Of a stretch of 37,982 nucleotides of DNA, positions 23,570 to 33,098 are shown piece after piece (the stretch's first letter is position 1; each line of letters starts with the position of its first letter). The DNA comes from Candidatus Woesearchaeota archaeon. Lineage in GTDB: Archaea; Nanobdellota; Nanobdellia; Pacearchaeales; GW2011-AR1. Position numbers and translations under genes: made by a program. The notes under the pieces are model-generated. The model was not told the origin of the DNA. It did no database searches and saw nothing but the letters and a program-made list of their open reading frames with translations. The DNA is taken from positions 1 to 37,982 of the forward strand of contig CAYQDG010000004.1 of NCBI GenBank assembly GCA_964416245.1, given 5' to 3'.

Positions 23570-24832
23570 ATGGAATTTGGTAAAAATATTGGAAATAGAG
23601 TTCAGATTGAAAAAGGAAAAGAAGTTTTTGAAGGGGTTCTTTTACCTAGTCCAGAAAATGGAAGCGTTCTTTTGAAATTGGATAATGGATATAACATTGG
23701 ATTTAATAAAAAAGAAATTGTTGGATTAAAAGTTATTGAGGAGATTAAAAAGAAAGAGAGTGAGATTGAAATTCCTGTTTCTAAAGGTAAAAAAAATGTT
23801 GCGATGGTTATTTTAGGGGGGACTATTGCGGCTAAATTAAACCCTGGCAAGGGAGGAGTTGATTTTGTTGAGAATCCAAAAGATTTGTTCAAATATTACC
23901 CTGAAGTTTTTGAAAAGGTTAATGTTTCTAGAGTTGAAATTCCTTTTATGAAAGGTTCTGAGAATATGGATTTTAAAGATTGGCAAAAAGTTGCCAAAGT
24001 TGTTTGCGATTTAGTTAATGATAAAGAAATTGAGGGAATTATTGTTACCCAAGGAACTGATACTCTACATTATACTTCTGCTGCTTTGAGTTTTTTCTTG
24101 AGAGATTTGGGAAAACCTGTTGTTTTGACTTATTCTCAAAGAAGTATTGATAGAGGTTCAAGTGATGCGAGGTTGAATTTAGTTTGCTCTGCACAAGTTG
24201 TTGTTTCTGATATTTCGGGGGTCATGGTTGTTGGACATGCAAATTCTAGTGATGAATTTTGTTTGGGAATCCCTGGAACAAAGGTAAGAAAATTACATAC
24301 TTCAAGGCGGGATGCATTTAAACCTGTGAATAAAGAACCTTTTCTTAGAGTGTATAAAGATAAAATTGAATTTATTTCAGAGTATAATAAAAGAAATGAA
24401 AAATTAAAATGTTTTTATGATGGAAAATTTGAAGAAAAAGTTGCTTTATTGAAATTTTATCCTGGGCAAAATCCAAATATTTTGGATTATTATATTGAAG
24501 AAGGTTATAAGGGAATTGTTATAGAAGCAACCGGGTTGGGTCAGATTGCAACGAGTGAAGCAAGATTAAGTTGGATTAAAAAATTAAAAGATGTTCAGAA
24601 AAGGGGTTTGGTTGTTTGTATGTCTCCCCAGACAATTTATGGCCGTTTGAATCCTTTGGTTTATGTTACTGGCCGTCAACTTTTGGAAACTGGAGTCATT
24701 TATTTGGAGGATATGCTCTCGGAGACTGCATATGTGAAATTAGGGTGGGTTTTAGGACATAAAGATTGGAATGTTAAAGAAAAAATGCTTGAGAATTTTA
24801 GTTGGGAATTGAATGATAGGTTGGTTAATTGA
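23570..24832 (+). CDS. gatD: Glu-tRNA(Gln) amidotransferase subunit D
   Basis: N-terminal beta domain plus an asparaginase-like domain (ILGGTIAAK, TQGTDTLHYTSAAL, HTSRRDAF). The 420-aa length fits GatD. Confidence 0.85.
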   Translation: MEFGKNIGNRVQIEKGKEVFEGVLLPSPENGSVLLKLDNGYNIGFNKKEIVGLKVIEEIKKKESEIEIPVSKGKKNVAMVILGGTIAAKLNPGKGGVDFVENPKDLFKYYPEVFEKVNVSRVEIPFMKGSENMDFKDWQKVAKVVCDLVNDKEIEGIIVTQGTDTLHYTSAALSFFLRDLGKPVVLTYSQRSIDRGSSDARLNLVCSAQVVVSDISGVMVVGHANSSDEFCLGIPGTKVRKLHTSRRDAFKPVNKEPFLRVYKDKIEFISEYNKRNEKLKCFYDGKFEEKVALLKFYPGQNPNILDYYIEEGYKGIVIEATGLGQIATSEARLSWIKKLKDVQKRGLVVCMSPQTIYGRLNPLVYVTGRQLLETGVIYLEDMLSETAYVKLGWVLGHKDWNVKEKMLENFSWELNDRLVN

Positions 24833-25165
24833 TTATTCTTCCCACATTTCTTTATATAAATTTTCATAAAATTTTGCAGATTCTGGATTAAGTTCATGCC
24901 AATAATATAAAACTTTATAGAAAAATTTTTTTGCTTCTGGAAAGTTTAAGAAATCTAATCTAAATTCTATTATTTTTTCAAAATCTTTCAAATATTTTTT
25001 ATTGCCAATTTCCTTTTTTATGAAATAGTTTGTTTTATTTTTTTCGATGAATTTTACAAATTCATTTGTTTCTTTTTCTACTTTTGGAATTAATTTTTCT
25101 ATTGCTTTTTGATTTTTTTCTATTCCATCAATTAATTTTTTTAAATTATTTTTTTCTTTATCCAT
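24833..25165 (-). CDS. hypothetical helical protein
   Basis: 110-aa ORF whose stop abuts the gatD stop. No family recognised. Confidence 0.4.
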   Translation of the reverse strand: MDKEKNNLKKLIDGIEKNQKAIEKLIPKVEKETNEFVKFIEKNKTNYFIKKEIGNKKYLKDFEKIIEFRLDFLNFPEAKKFFYKVLYYWHELNPESAKFYENLYKEMWEE

Positions 25166-25252
25166 AAAAAAATAAATCTTTTGGTTTATTTAAGGATTTA
25201 TTTTCTATTTTAATTAGGAAAATTTTATAAGGTTGTTTTTTGGATTATTTTT

Positions 25253-25591
25253 ATGAATCACAACAAATTAGTCAAAATTGTTTCAAATGAATTAAAATCC
25301 AGGGGCTATGTAGTTGAAAATGAGAAATTATTGCCTTTAGGAAAGGGCTCAGTAGATATATCTTGTAAGAATAAAGGAAAATATCTTTTTCATGCAGAAG
25401 TTAAGGAAATGCCTGCATCAATAAAAAAGAAAAAAGTTAGCAAACAATTAAATTTATATAAAAAATATTTTGGCAATGAACCTGATTATATTTTAATTTC
25501 TCCTGATGCTTTTGGAGAGGTTATTTTCCAGGATTTATCTGGAAAATTTAGGGGAAGCTTGGACAATTATATTTCTTTTCTTAATCACTAA
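25253..25591 (+). CDS. small PD-(D/E)xK nuclease-fold protein (Hjc/YraN-like), putative
   Basis: The pattern LKSRGYVV...GSVDISC...YLFHAEVKE fits the D...E-x-K restriction-endonuclease-like core. A TATA-like ATTTTATAAGG lies about 30 nt upstream. Confidence 0.4.
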   Translation: MNHNKLVKIVSNELKSRGYVVENEKLLPLGKGSVDISCKNKGKYLFHAEVKEMPASIKKKKVSKQLNLYKKYFGNEPDYILISPDAFGEVIFQDLSGKFRGSLDNYISFLNH

Positions 25592-25621
25592 TTTAATAAA
25601 TAATGGATTATTTTTTATTTA

Positions 25622-27061
25622 ATGATTGATTACAAAAAAATAGGTTTTAAAGCAGGTTTAGAAATTCATCAGCAGTTAGATACTCATAAATTATTTTGTA
25701 GTTGTCCTTCTGTTTTGAGGAGTGATAAACCCGAATTTCTAGTTAGACGTAGATTGCATAAAGTTTCAGGAGAATCTGGTGAGGTAGATGCGGCTGCAGA
25801 ATATCAACATTCATTGGATAAGGAATTTATTTATGAAGGATATGATACAACTTGTTTGGTTGAATTGGATGAGGAGCCACCGCATGAATTGAATAAGGAA
25901 GCTTTAAGGATTGCTCTTGAAATTTCTATTTTATTAAATTGTAAAATTTTTTCTCTGACTCAAGTTATGAGAAAAACAGTTATTAATGGTTCTAATACTT
26001 CTGGATTTCAGAGAACAGTTTTACTTGCACATGATGGCTTTATTGAAACTAGTCAAGGAAAAGTGGGTATTGATTCTGTTTATTTGGAAGAAGATTCTGC
26101 AAGGCCTGTTGAAAAGAAAAAAGAATCTGTTACTTATCGTTTAGATAGATTGGGAATACCCCTGGTTGAAATTTCGACAAAACCTGGTTTGAAAAATGCT
26201 AAACATGTTAAAGAAGCTGCATTGAAGATTGGTGAAATTTTGAGAAGTTGTAAAGTTCGTCGAGGGATAGGTACAATTAGACAAGATTTGAATGTTTCTA
26301 TTAAAGGAAGCAAGAGGGTTGAAATTAAAGGATTTCAGGATCCGAAGATTATGGAAAAATGTGTTGAATTAGAAGTTATGAGACAAAAAGAAATTGTTGA
26401 TGAGGATAAGAAAAATAATTCTGAAGTGAGGAATTGTTTGCCTAATGGAAAGACAGAATTTATTCGTCCAATGCCTGGAGCTTCGAGAATGTATCCTGAA
26501 ACTGATTTGCCCTTGTTACATATTTCTAGGAATTTAATTAATGATGTTAAGAATAATTTACCCAGATTGAGGAGTGAGATTGAAGAAGACTTGAGAAAAC
26601 AAGGACTTAGTGATGAAATTATTAGAATGATTTTCAAACAGGATAAGTTAGATTTGTATAAAGATTTATATCAATTGAATGGAAATCCTCGTTTGATTTC
26701 TAAAATTTTGTTTTTGTTGCCCAAGGAAGTTTCCAAAAAAGAAAATAAGAGTTTAGAAGAAGTTGAGAATATTTTGAATAGGGATGTTTTGATTTTTATT
26801 TTGGATATGCTGTATAAAGAGAAATTACATGAAGGAGATTTGAAAATGGTTTTAGAAAAAGTTGTTAATGGGGTTGATGTGAAAGATGCAGTTAAGATTG
26901 AGAAAAAAGATTTAGACGATGTTGAGGAGAAAATTTTGAAGTTGATTAAAGAAAAACCTGGATTGAATCCTAATGCATATATGGGGCTTGTAATGAAGGA
27001 AATGAGGGGAGCCATTAGTGGTAGTGAGGCTATGGAGATTATTAGGAAGTTGTTGAAATGA
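25622..27061 (+). CDS. gatE: Glu-tRNA(Gln) amidotransferase subunit E, unusually short
   Basis: GatE-like motifs GLEIHQQLDTHKLFCSCP, CLVELDEEPPH, RKTVINGSNTSGFQRT and PGASRMYPETD, plus a YqeY-like tail. It is only 479 aa. Confidence 0.8.
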   Translation: MIDYKKIGFKAGLEIHQQLDTHKLFCSCPSVLRSDKPEFLVRRRLHKVSGESGEVDAAAEYQHSLDKEFIYEGYDTTCLVELDEEPPHELNKEALRIALEISILLNCKIFSLTQVMRKTVINGSNTSGFQRTVLLAHDGFIETSQGKVGIDSVYLEEDSARPVEKKKESVTYRLDRLGIPLVEISTKPGLKNAKHVKEAALKIGEILRSCKVRRGIGTIRQDLNVSIKGSKRVEIKGFQDPKIMEKCVELEVMRQKEIVDEDKKNNSEVRNCLPNGKTEFIRPMPGASRMYPETDLPLLHISRNLINDVKNNLPRLRSEIEEDLRKQGLSDEIIRMIFKQDKLDLYKDLYQLNGNPRLISKILFLLPKEVSKKENKSLEEVENILNRDVLIFILDMLYKEKLHEGDLKMVLEKVVNGVDVKDAVKIEKKDLDDVEEKILKLIKEKPGLNPNAYMGLVMKEMRGAISGSEAMEIIRKLLK

Positions 27062-27125
27062 TTTTCATTGAAGTGTTTTTTTGATAATAAATAATTTAAT
27101 AAATGGTTGTTTTTTAATGTTTAAC

Positions 27126-28439
27126 ATGAGCAGTGAAATTGATTACAAAGAATTTGATAAAAATAGAACATATATAAAAGACATTTTTTCAAAAAATGAA
27201 GGCGAGGAGATTGAAATAGCTGGTTGGGCTTATGATATGCGTGCATTGGGAAAAATTAGGTTTGCTATGATAAAAGATATGACTGGAATTGTTCAATTGG
27301 TTGGATTAAAAAAAAATGTTTCTGAAGAGGATTTCGATTTAATCGATAATCTTTCAAAAGAATCTGTTATTTATGTTAAAGGAACTATAAAAGAATCAGC
27401 TCAGGCAGTTGGAGGTAAAGAGATTGTACCTTCTATTATAAAATTAATTTCAAAATCCAAAGATTTACCTATAGATGTTTCAGATTATTCTAAAACAGAA
27501 TTGAATAAAAGATTGGATTATAGATATGTGGATTTGCATAATAGAAAAACTCAGGCTATTTTTAAAATAGAATCCACAATTATGCAATCATTTAGGGAAT
27601 TTATGATTAAAAATTTTGGCGCAGTTGAGGCGGCTTTTCCCTCAATAATTGGTTCATCGAGTGAAGGGGGGACAGAATTATTTAAGGCAAAATATTTTGA
27701 TAAAGAAGTTTTTCTTTCACAAAGTTGCCAATTATACAAACAAATGTTGGCTTGTTCAATGGAAAAAGTTTTTGCTATTTTTACTGTTTGGAGGGCAGAA
27801 AAACATAATACTGCAAAACATTTGAATGAAGCTAGGCAATTAGATTATGAACAGGCTTTTGCAGATGAATTTGTGGCAATGGATGTTTTGTATAAAACTA
27901 TTAAGTTTATTATTTCTGAAGTTTTGGAAAAGAATAAAGAAGAATTAGATTTTTTGAATGTTAAATTAAAAATTCCTGAAGTAAAATATTTGACTTTTGC
28001 TCAAGCTAAAGAAATTTGTGAAAAAGAGGGAGCACATGTTGGAGATGATGATTTATCCACAGAAGCTGAAAAGAAATTAGGCGAATTGTATCCCGATACT
28101 ATTGTTTTTGTTCATGATTGGCCAATTTCAGGCAAACCTTTCTACATTATGCCAAAAGGTAAAGGATTGAGCAGAGGTTTTGATGCTATTTATCGGGGAA
28201 TGGAAATAACTTCTGGAGGGCAAAGAGTGCATTTGCCAGAAGTTTTAGAAAAGCAATTGAAAGAAAGAGATTTAGATCCAAAAGATTTTGGAAGTTATAT
28301 AGATTCTTTTAGATATGGTGCGCCCCCTCATGCTGGTTGGGGAATGGGGCTTGAAAGATTGACAATGCTCATTTTAGGAATTCAAAATATTAGAGAGGTT
28401 GTTTTGTTTCCTAGGGACAGAACTAGAATTACACCTTAA
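27126..28439 (+). CDS. aspS: aspartyl-tRNA synthetase, archaeal type (probably non-discriminating)
   Basis: OB-fold N-terminus (GWAYDMRALGKIRFAMIKD) and class II motifs WRAE, SGGQR and GMGLERL. I prefer the ATG at 27126 (27117 is possible) over the TTG at 27081. Confidence 0.9.
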   Translation: MSSEIDYKEFDKNRTYIKDIFSKNEGEEIEIAGWAYDMRALGKIRFAMIKDMTGIVQLVGLKKNVSEEDFDLIDNLSKESVIYVKGTIKESAQAVGGKEIVPSIIKLISKSKDLPIDVSDYSKTELNKRLDYRYVDLHNRKTQAIFKIESTIMQSFREFMIKNFGAVEAAFPSIIGSSSEGGTELFKAKYFDKEVFLSQSCQLYKQMLACSMEKVFAIFTVWRAEKHNTAKHLNEARQLDYEQAFADEFVAMDVLYKTIKFIISEVLEKNKEELDFLNVKLKIPEVKYLTFAQAKEICEKEGAHVGDDDLSTEAEKKLGELYPDTIVFVHDWPISGKPFYIMPKGKGLSRGFDAIYRGMEITSGGQRVHLPEVLEKQLKERDLDPKDFGSYIDSFRYGAPPHAGWGMGLERLTMLILGIQNIREVVLFPRDRTRITP

Positions 28440-28473
28440 ATAATTATTTAAAGTTTTAATTGCTTTGTTTTTT

Positions 28474-28833
28474 ATGTGTTTGCTGGAAGTTATTGATTTA
28501 ATTGATAAAAAAGGAAAAGTTTCTAAAAAATTTTTTGGTTTTGATGGTTTTGAGAAAAAAGAAGATTTGATTTTTAATTATTATACTTTTGATTTTGATT
28601 TGATTCAAAAAAGAGATTTTGAAATAAAAGAGATATTTAAGAGATTTTTGAAAGAAAATAATTATTATAAATTTGTTAAAAAAAATTTTTCCCAATCTCA
28701 ATTAAATATTTTGCCTTCAAATGTTGCTGAAAAAATTATTGAAAAATATCGCAATAATTCACATCCTGATATTTATGAAATTAATTCTAAATTAATAGAT
28801 GCATATATGGCCAGAGGTTTTGGAAATTTCTGA
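28474..28833 (+). CDS. hypothetical protein
   Basis: ATG at 28474 with a TATA-like TTATTTAAAG about 25-30 nt upstream. No family recognised. Confidence 0.4.
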   Translation: MCLLEVIDLIDKKGKVSKKFFGFDGFEKKEDLIFNYYTFDFDLIQKRDFEIKEIFKRFLKENNYYKFVKKNFSQSQLNILPSNVAEKIIEKYRNNSHPDIYEINSKLIDAYMARGFGNF

Positions 28834-28882
28834 ATAGTCCCATATACCAAAATATTAAAAATAAAAGAATTTATTAATTTTT

Positions 28883-30235
28883 ATGGTAAAAATAGGCTTA
28901 GAAATTCATGGGTATATTAATACTCATGAAAAATTATTTTGCACTTGTAAAGTTGGGCATGGTTTAAAGCATGCTTTACCAAATACAAATATTTGTCCTA
29001 TTTGCACTGGTCAGCCTGGATCTAAACCGTTATTGCCGAATAAGGAAGCTGTAAAAAAAGCAATCCAAATAGCTCTTGTTTTAGGATGCAAAGTTTCAAA
29101 AAAAATGCCTTGGCAGAGAAAACATTATTCTTGGCCAGATTTACCCAAAGGTTTTCAATCTACTATGTCTGGACCTCATTCAATTCCAAATGGAATAAGT
29201 GGAAATTTTATGGGAATTGGCATAACAGAATGTCATTTAGAAGAGGATCCCGCTGCCTGGAATCCAGAAACAGGCGAAATAGATTATAATCGTTCAGGTT
29301 CACCTTTAATTGAAATTGTTACTGATCCGGATTTTAAATCAAAAGAAGAGGTTGTTGATTGGTTAAGGAATCTTTTGGCAGTTTTGGATTATATTAAAGT
29401 AATTGATAGGAATTTCGGAGTTAAAGCAGATGTGAATATTTCTATAGGGGGAGGGAAAAGGGTTGAAATAAAAAATGTTAATTCTTTAAGAAAAATTTCT
29501 GATGCAATAGATGTTGAGGTAGATAGGCAAGAAAAAGATTTGCCAAAAATACAACAGACAAGGTCTTATGATGAAAAAGCAGGTACAACAAAATTGATGA
29601 GAACAAAAGATAATGCTCAAGATTATCGTTTTATTAGTGATCCTGATTTACCTGTTTTGGAAATTTCTGAAGAATGGATTGAAAAATTAAAAAAATCATT
29701 GCCTGAAACTCCTCAAGATAAATTAAAAAAATTAATTGAAGAATATAAAATTGAAAAAAAATATGCTGAAATGCTCATAAAAAAATTAAGTCTTGTTGAA
29801 CTTTTTGAAAAAACTCTTGAAAAAATAAAACCAGAAATTGCAATTCCTTGGGTAACTATAGAACTCTTGAGTGTTGCTAATTATAATAAATTAGATGTTG
29901 ATGAAATGAAAATTGATTCAAATCATTTCATTGAATTATTGGAAGCCATTCAGGAAAATAAAATAATAGAATTAAAAGCGAAGGATATTTTAAGAAAATG
30001 GGTTCCCAATTCTATTTCTCCCTCTGAAGAAATAAACAATAGTTTAACAATTAGTGGTGAAGAAGTAAAGAATATGGCAAAAGAAGTTATTTTAGAAAAT
30101 TCAAAAGCAGTTGAGGATTATAAATCAGGTAAAACTTGGGCGATTAATTTTTTGATTGGGCAAATAATGAAAAAATCTAATAAGAGAGCTGATTTTAAAT
30201 TTGCCAAGAAAATTTTGGAGGATTTATTGAAATGA
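28883..30235 (+). CDS. gatB: Asp/Glu-tRNA amidotransferase subunit B
   Basis: GLEIHGYINTHEKLFCTC, PNTNICPICTGQPGSKP, PDLPKGFQ and HLEEDPA motifs with a C-terminal YqeY-like tail (NFLIGQIMKKS). Confidence 0.8.
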   Translation: MVKIGLEIHGYINTHEKLFCTCKVGHGLKHALPNTNICPICTGQPGSKPLLPNKEAVKKAIQIALVLGCKVSKKMPWQRKHYSWPDLPKGFQSTMSGPHSIPNGISGNFMGIGITECHLEEDPAAWNPETGEIDYNRSGSPLIEIVTDPDFKSKEEVVDWLRNLLAVLDYIKVIDRNFGVKADVNISIGGGKRVEIKNVNSLRKISDAIDVEVDRQEKDLPKIQQTRSYDEKAGTTKLMRTKDNAQDYRFISDPDLPVLEISEEWIEKLKKSLPETPQDKLKKLIEEYKIEKKYAEMLIKKLSLVELFEKTLEKIKPEIAIPWVTIELLSVANYNKLDVDEMKIDSNHFIELLEAIQENKIIELKAKDILRKWVPNSISPSEEINNSLTISGEEVKNMAKEVILENSKAVEDYKSGKTWAINFLIGQIMKKSNKRADFKFAKKILEDLLK

Positions 30236-30489
30236 GTTTCTTACATAAAAAACTTGATGAAAAAGATAAAGAAAAGATTAAAGAAGATGTTAAAGAAATT
30301 GTTGATACTTTTGGTAGTGTTTTGAGTTCTTTAAGCGATTTAGCGGAAGAAGGTTCCATTGAAAGAAAAAATTCATTTAGGGAAGAAAAAAAAGATTTTA
30401 ATAATGATTCGAGTTTTAGAAAAAAAATGTTTAAAAATTCTAAAAATAAAAATAAAGATTTCATAATTGCGGAGAAGAAAAAATGGTAA
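30232..30489 (+). CDS. gatC: GatC-like subunit (assignment mostly positional)
   Basis: 85-aa ORF overlapping the gatB stop (ATGA) and the gatA start (7 nt). GGAGGA lies upstream. The resemblance to GatC is weak (..FREE.. segment). Confidence 0.5.
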   Translation: MSFLHKKLDEKDKEKIKEDVKEIVDTFGSVLSSLSDLAEEGSIERKNSFREEKKDFNNDSSFRKKMFKNSKNKNKDFIIAEKKKW

Positions 30490-31814
30490 ATGCAGTTGAA
30501 AGAGTTAAAGAATGTTTGAAGGTTATTGAAGAAAAAAATAAAGAGTTAAATATTTTTTTAGAGGTAAGAGATGAAAAAGAATTAATTAAAGAAGCAGAGG
30601 AAATAGATTCAAAAGAAAAAAAAGGCAAACTTTATGGAAAAGTTATCGCGGTCAAACCAAATATAAATGTTAAGGGATTGTGTGCTTCTTGTTCTTCAAA
30701 AACTTTGAAAGATTATTGTTCTACTTATGATGCTACAGTTATTGAAAAAATAAAAAAAGAAGATGGAATAATAATTGGAACAGTAAATTGTGATGAGTTT
30801 GCTTCAGGATCTTCTGGAGAAACCTCCTTTTTTGGACCTTGTAAAAATCCTCTAGATCCTAAATTAATTCCTGGGGGCTCTTCTTCTGGTTCAGCAGCCG
30901 CAGTTGCTGCAGGAATGTGTGATCTTTCTCTTGGTTCAGATACAGGAGGTTCAATCAGAAACCCTGCATCTCATTGCGGAGTTGTTGGAATAAAACCTAC
31001 TTATGGGAGTGTTTCTCGTCATGGTTTAATTGATCTTTCTATGAGTTTGGATCAAATTGGACCTTTTGCAAAAAATGTCGGGGATGCTGCTTTATTATTA
31101 GATGTAATAAGTGGAAAAGATTTGAAGGATTCCATTTCTTTAGATGGTGAGAAGTTGGATTTGAATTCTTTGAATTTAAAGAAAAAAGATTTTAATGTTG
31201 GGTTCATTGACTTTGAAAGTCTTTCTGTTGCTGGAGATGTCAGAATAAACGATTTGCTTCATAAAAAATTGAAAAAAATTGTTGAAGATTTTGATTTATC
31301 TAATTTTGAAGTTTTAAATAATTCTAGTTTGGAAATAATGAAATCTGCTGTTCAAATTTATTATCCAATCGTTTATACTGAATTTTTTTCTGCTACTCGG
31401 AAATTTGATGGCCGAAGGTATGGAGAAAAAATTGAAGATTCTTGTGGTCCAGAGGTTTTAAGAAGAATTTTGGGAGGTTCGGAAATAACTCGAGCAGAAC
31501 ACGAGGGTAGAAATTATCATCTGGCATTAAAAGCTAAAAAATCTGTAGAGGATGTTTTTAAAAAAATGTTTGAAAAATTTGATATAATTGTTCTTCCTGC
31601 TGTTCCAAGGCTTCCACATAAAATTGGTGAAAATATTTCTGTTGAGGAGATGTATGCTTATGATGTTTTTACTATTCCTGCAAATTTGGCAGGGATTTGT
31701 TCAATGGTTGTTCCTGTGGGAAAAATTGATGGAGTTCCAGTTGGAATTCAAATAATGGCGGATAAATTTAATGAACAAAAAATGTTAGAATTTGCTAGAT
31801 ATTTTGAAGGTTAG
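30483..31814 (+). CDS. gatA: Asp/Glu-tRNA amidotransferase subunit A (amidase signature)
   Basis: Amidase signature GGSSSGSAAAVAAG...GSDTGGSIRNPA. Confidence 0.9.
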   Translation: MVNAVERVKECLKVIEEKNKELNIFLEVRDEKELIKEAEEIDSKEKKGKLYGKVIAVKPNINVKGLCASCSSKTLKDYCSTYDATVIEKIKKEDGIIIGTVNCDEFASGSSGETSFFGPCKNPLDPKLIPGGSSSGSAAAVAAGMCDLSLGSDTGGSIRNPASHCGVVGIKPTYGSVSRHGLIDLSMSLDQIGPFAKNVGDAALLLDVISGKDLKDSISLDGEKLDLNSLNLKKKDFNVGFIDFESLSVAGDVRINDLLHKKLKKIVEDFDLSNFEVLNNSSLEIMKSAVQIYYPIVYTEFFSATRKFDGRRYGEKIEDSCGPEVLRRILGGSEITRAEHEGRNYHLALKAKKSVEDVFKKMFEKFDIIVLPAVPRLPHKIGENISVEEMYAYDVFTIPANLAGICSMVVPVGKIDGVPVGIQIMADKFNEQKMLEFARYFEG

Positions 31815-32834
31815 TTATTCTTTTGTTAAGTCTTCTCCAATTGGTGTTTGGATTATTTCTTTTACTTCTTTAATTGTGTCTTTTTTGGATTTCTTTTTAC
31901 TTTTGACGATTCCTAGTGCATACATCATTTTTTGTGAGGCCGCTTCTTTTGTTAAATCATAAGCTAAAAAAGCGCCCCTTTCTATAGCTTCTGATCCCAC
32001 AGCATATTTTTTGTCCGTTTTACCATATTGACAAGCAGTTGTTATTGCCACTGGTTTTCCTGATTCTGTAGCTAATTCAATGGCTTTCAAGTATTTTGAA
32101 TTTATATTTCCTGTTCCATATCCTCCAATAATTAATCCATGGCAATCACAATCTTTGACTATTTTTTCTAATAAATTTGTGTCTGCTCCAGATATTTGGG
32201 AATAGTAAAGAACATTTTTTTTGAAATTTGTAAATATTTCTGGTTTAAGATAAAACTTTCTTTTTATTTGATTATTAAATTTAATTTTTTCTTTTTCAAT
32301 TTTTCCTATTTCTTCTATTTTTGGGGAATAAAATCCAAAAAAATCTTCGGAGTGCCTTTTAACAGCCCTAGATCCCCTTATAATTTTATTGTCAAAAACT
32401 ATTGCACTTTCTCCAATATTTTCTGTAGCTACTAAGATTGAATTTTTTATATTTTCAATTGCGTCCGTATTTTCAACATAAATTGGTTTTTGTGCTCCAG
32501 TAAAGATGATTGGTTTTCCTAAATTTTGAATCATGTAATTCATAGAAATTGCTGATTCAGCTAAAGTATCTGTTCCTTGAATTATTACAAATCCGTCTTG
32601 TTTTTGGTAATTATTTTTGATCATGTCTGCAAATTTTTTTCTGTGGTGTAGGGTCATATTTGTTGAATCTATTGGGCTTATTTCGATTTCGGTTATGTTT
32701 GCTAAATCATTTATATTTTGGATTAAATGAAAATAATCTTGCCCTTCTTTTGGAATTTCTAAGAATCCTTTTTTGTTGGGTTTTTCACAAACAGTTCCTC
32801 CTGCTTTTATGACCATGATTTTCTTTTTTCCCAT
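31815..32834 (-). CDS. type I L-asparaginase
   Basis: Motifs IKAGGTV, DSTNM, IQGTDTLAESA and KPIIFTGAQ. The stop codon directly abuts the gatA stop. Confidence 0.85.
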   Translation of the reverse strand: MGKKKIMVIKAGGTVCEKPNKKGFLEIPKEGQDYFHLIQNINDLANITEIEISPIDSTNMTLHHRKKFADMIKNNYQKQDGFVIIQGTDTLAESAISMNYMIQNLGKPIIFTGAQKPIYVENTDAIENIKNSILVATENIGESAIVFDNKIIRGSRAVKRHSEDFFGFYSPKIEEIGKIEKEKIKFNNQIKRKFYLKPEIFTNFKKNVLYYSQISGADTNLLEKIVKDCDCHGLIIGGYGTGNINSKYLKAIELATESGKPVAITTACQYGKTDKKYAVGSEAIERGAFLAYDLTKEAASQKMMYALGIVKSKKKSKKDTIKEVKEIIQTPIGEDLTKE

Positions 32835-33098
32835 ATAAATTTTTTGTTTTAAAAGTTTATAAATATTTTTACTGTTTAGTGGTTATTAGTTTTATAAAAT
32901 TTTAAAAAGTTTGAATCCCCCAATTATTTATTGATAAATGATAGAAGAAAAATATAAAATTTTCCAGCTACCATTTAACAAAGTAAAATGATAGAAGAAA
33001 GTGAACCTCCGCTTAAGTATGAGAACGAAGATGATTTGTTTGAATTAGATAATGAGTTGGAAGAGTAATTTTATAAGTGGAAAAGTTATTAATTTTTT

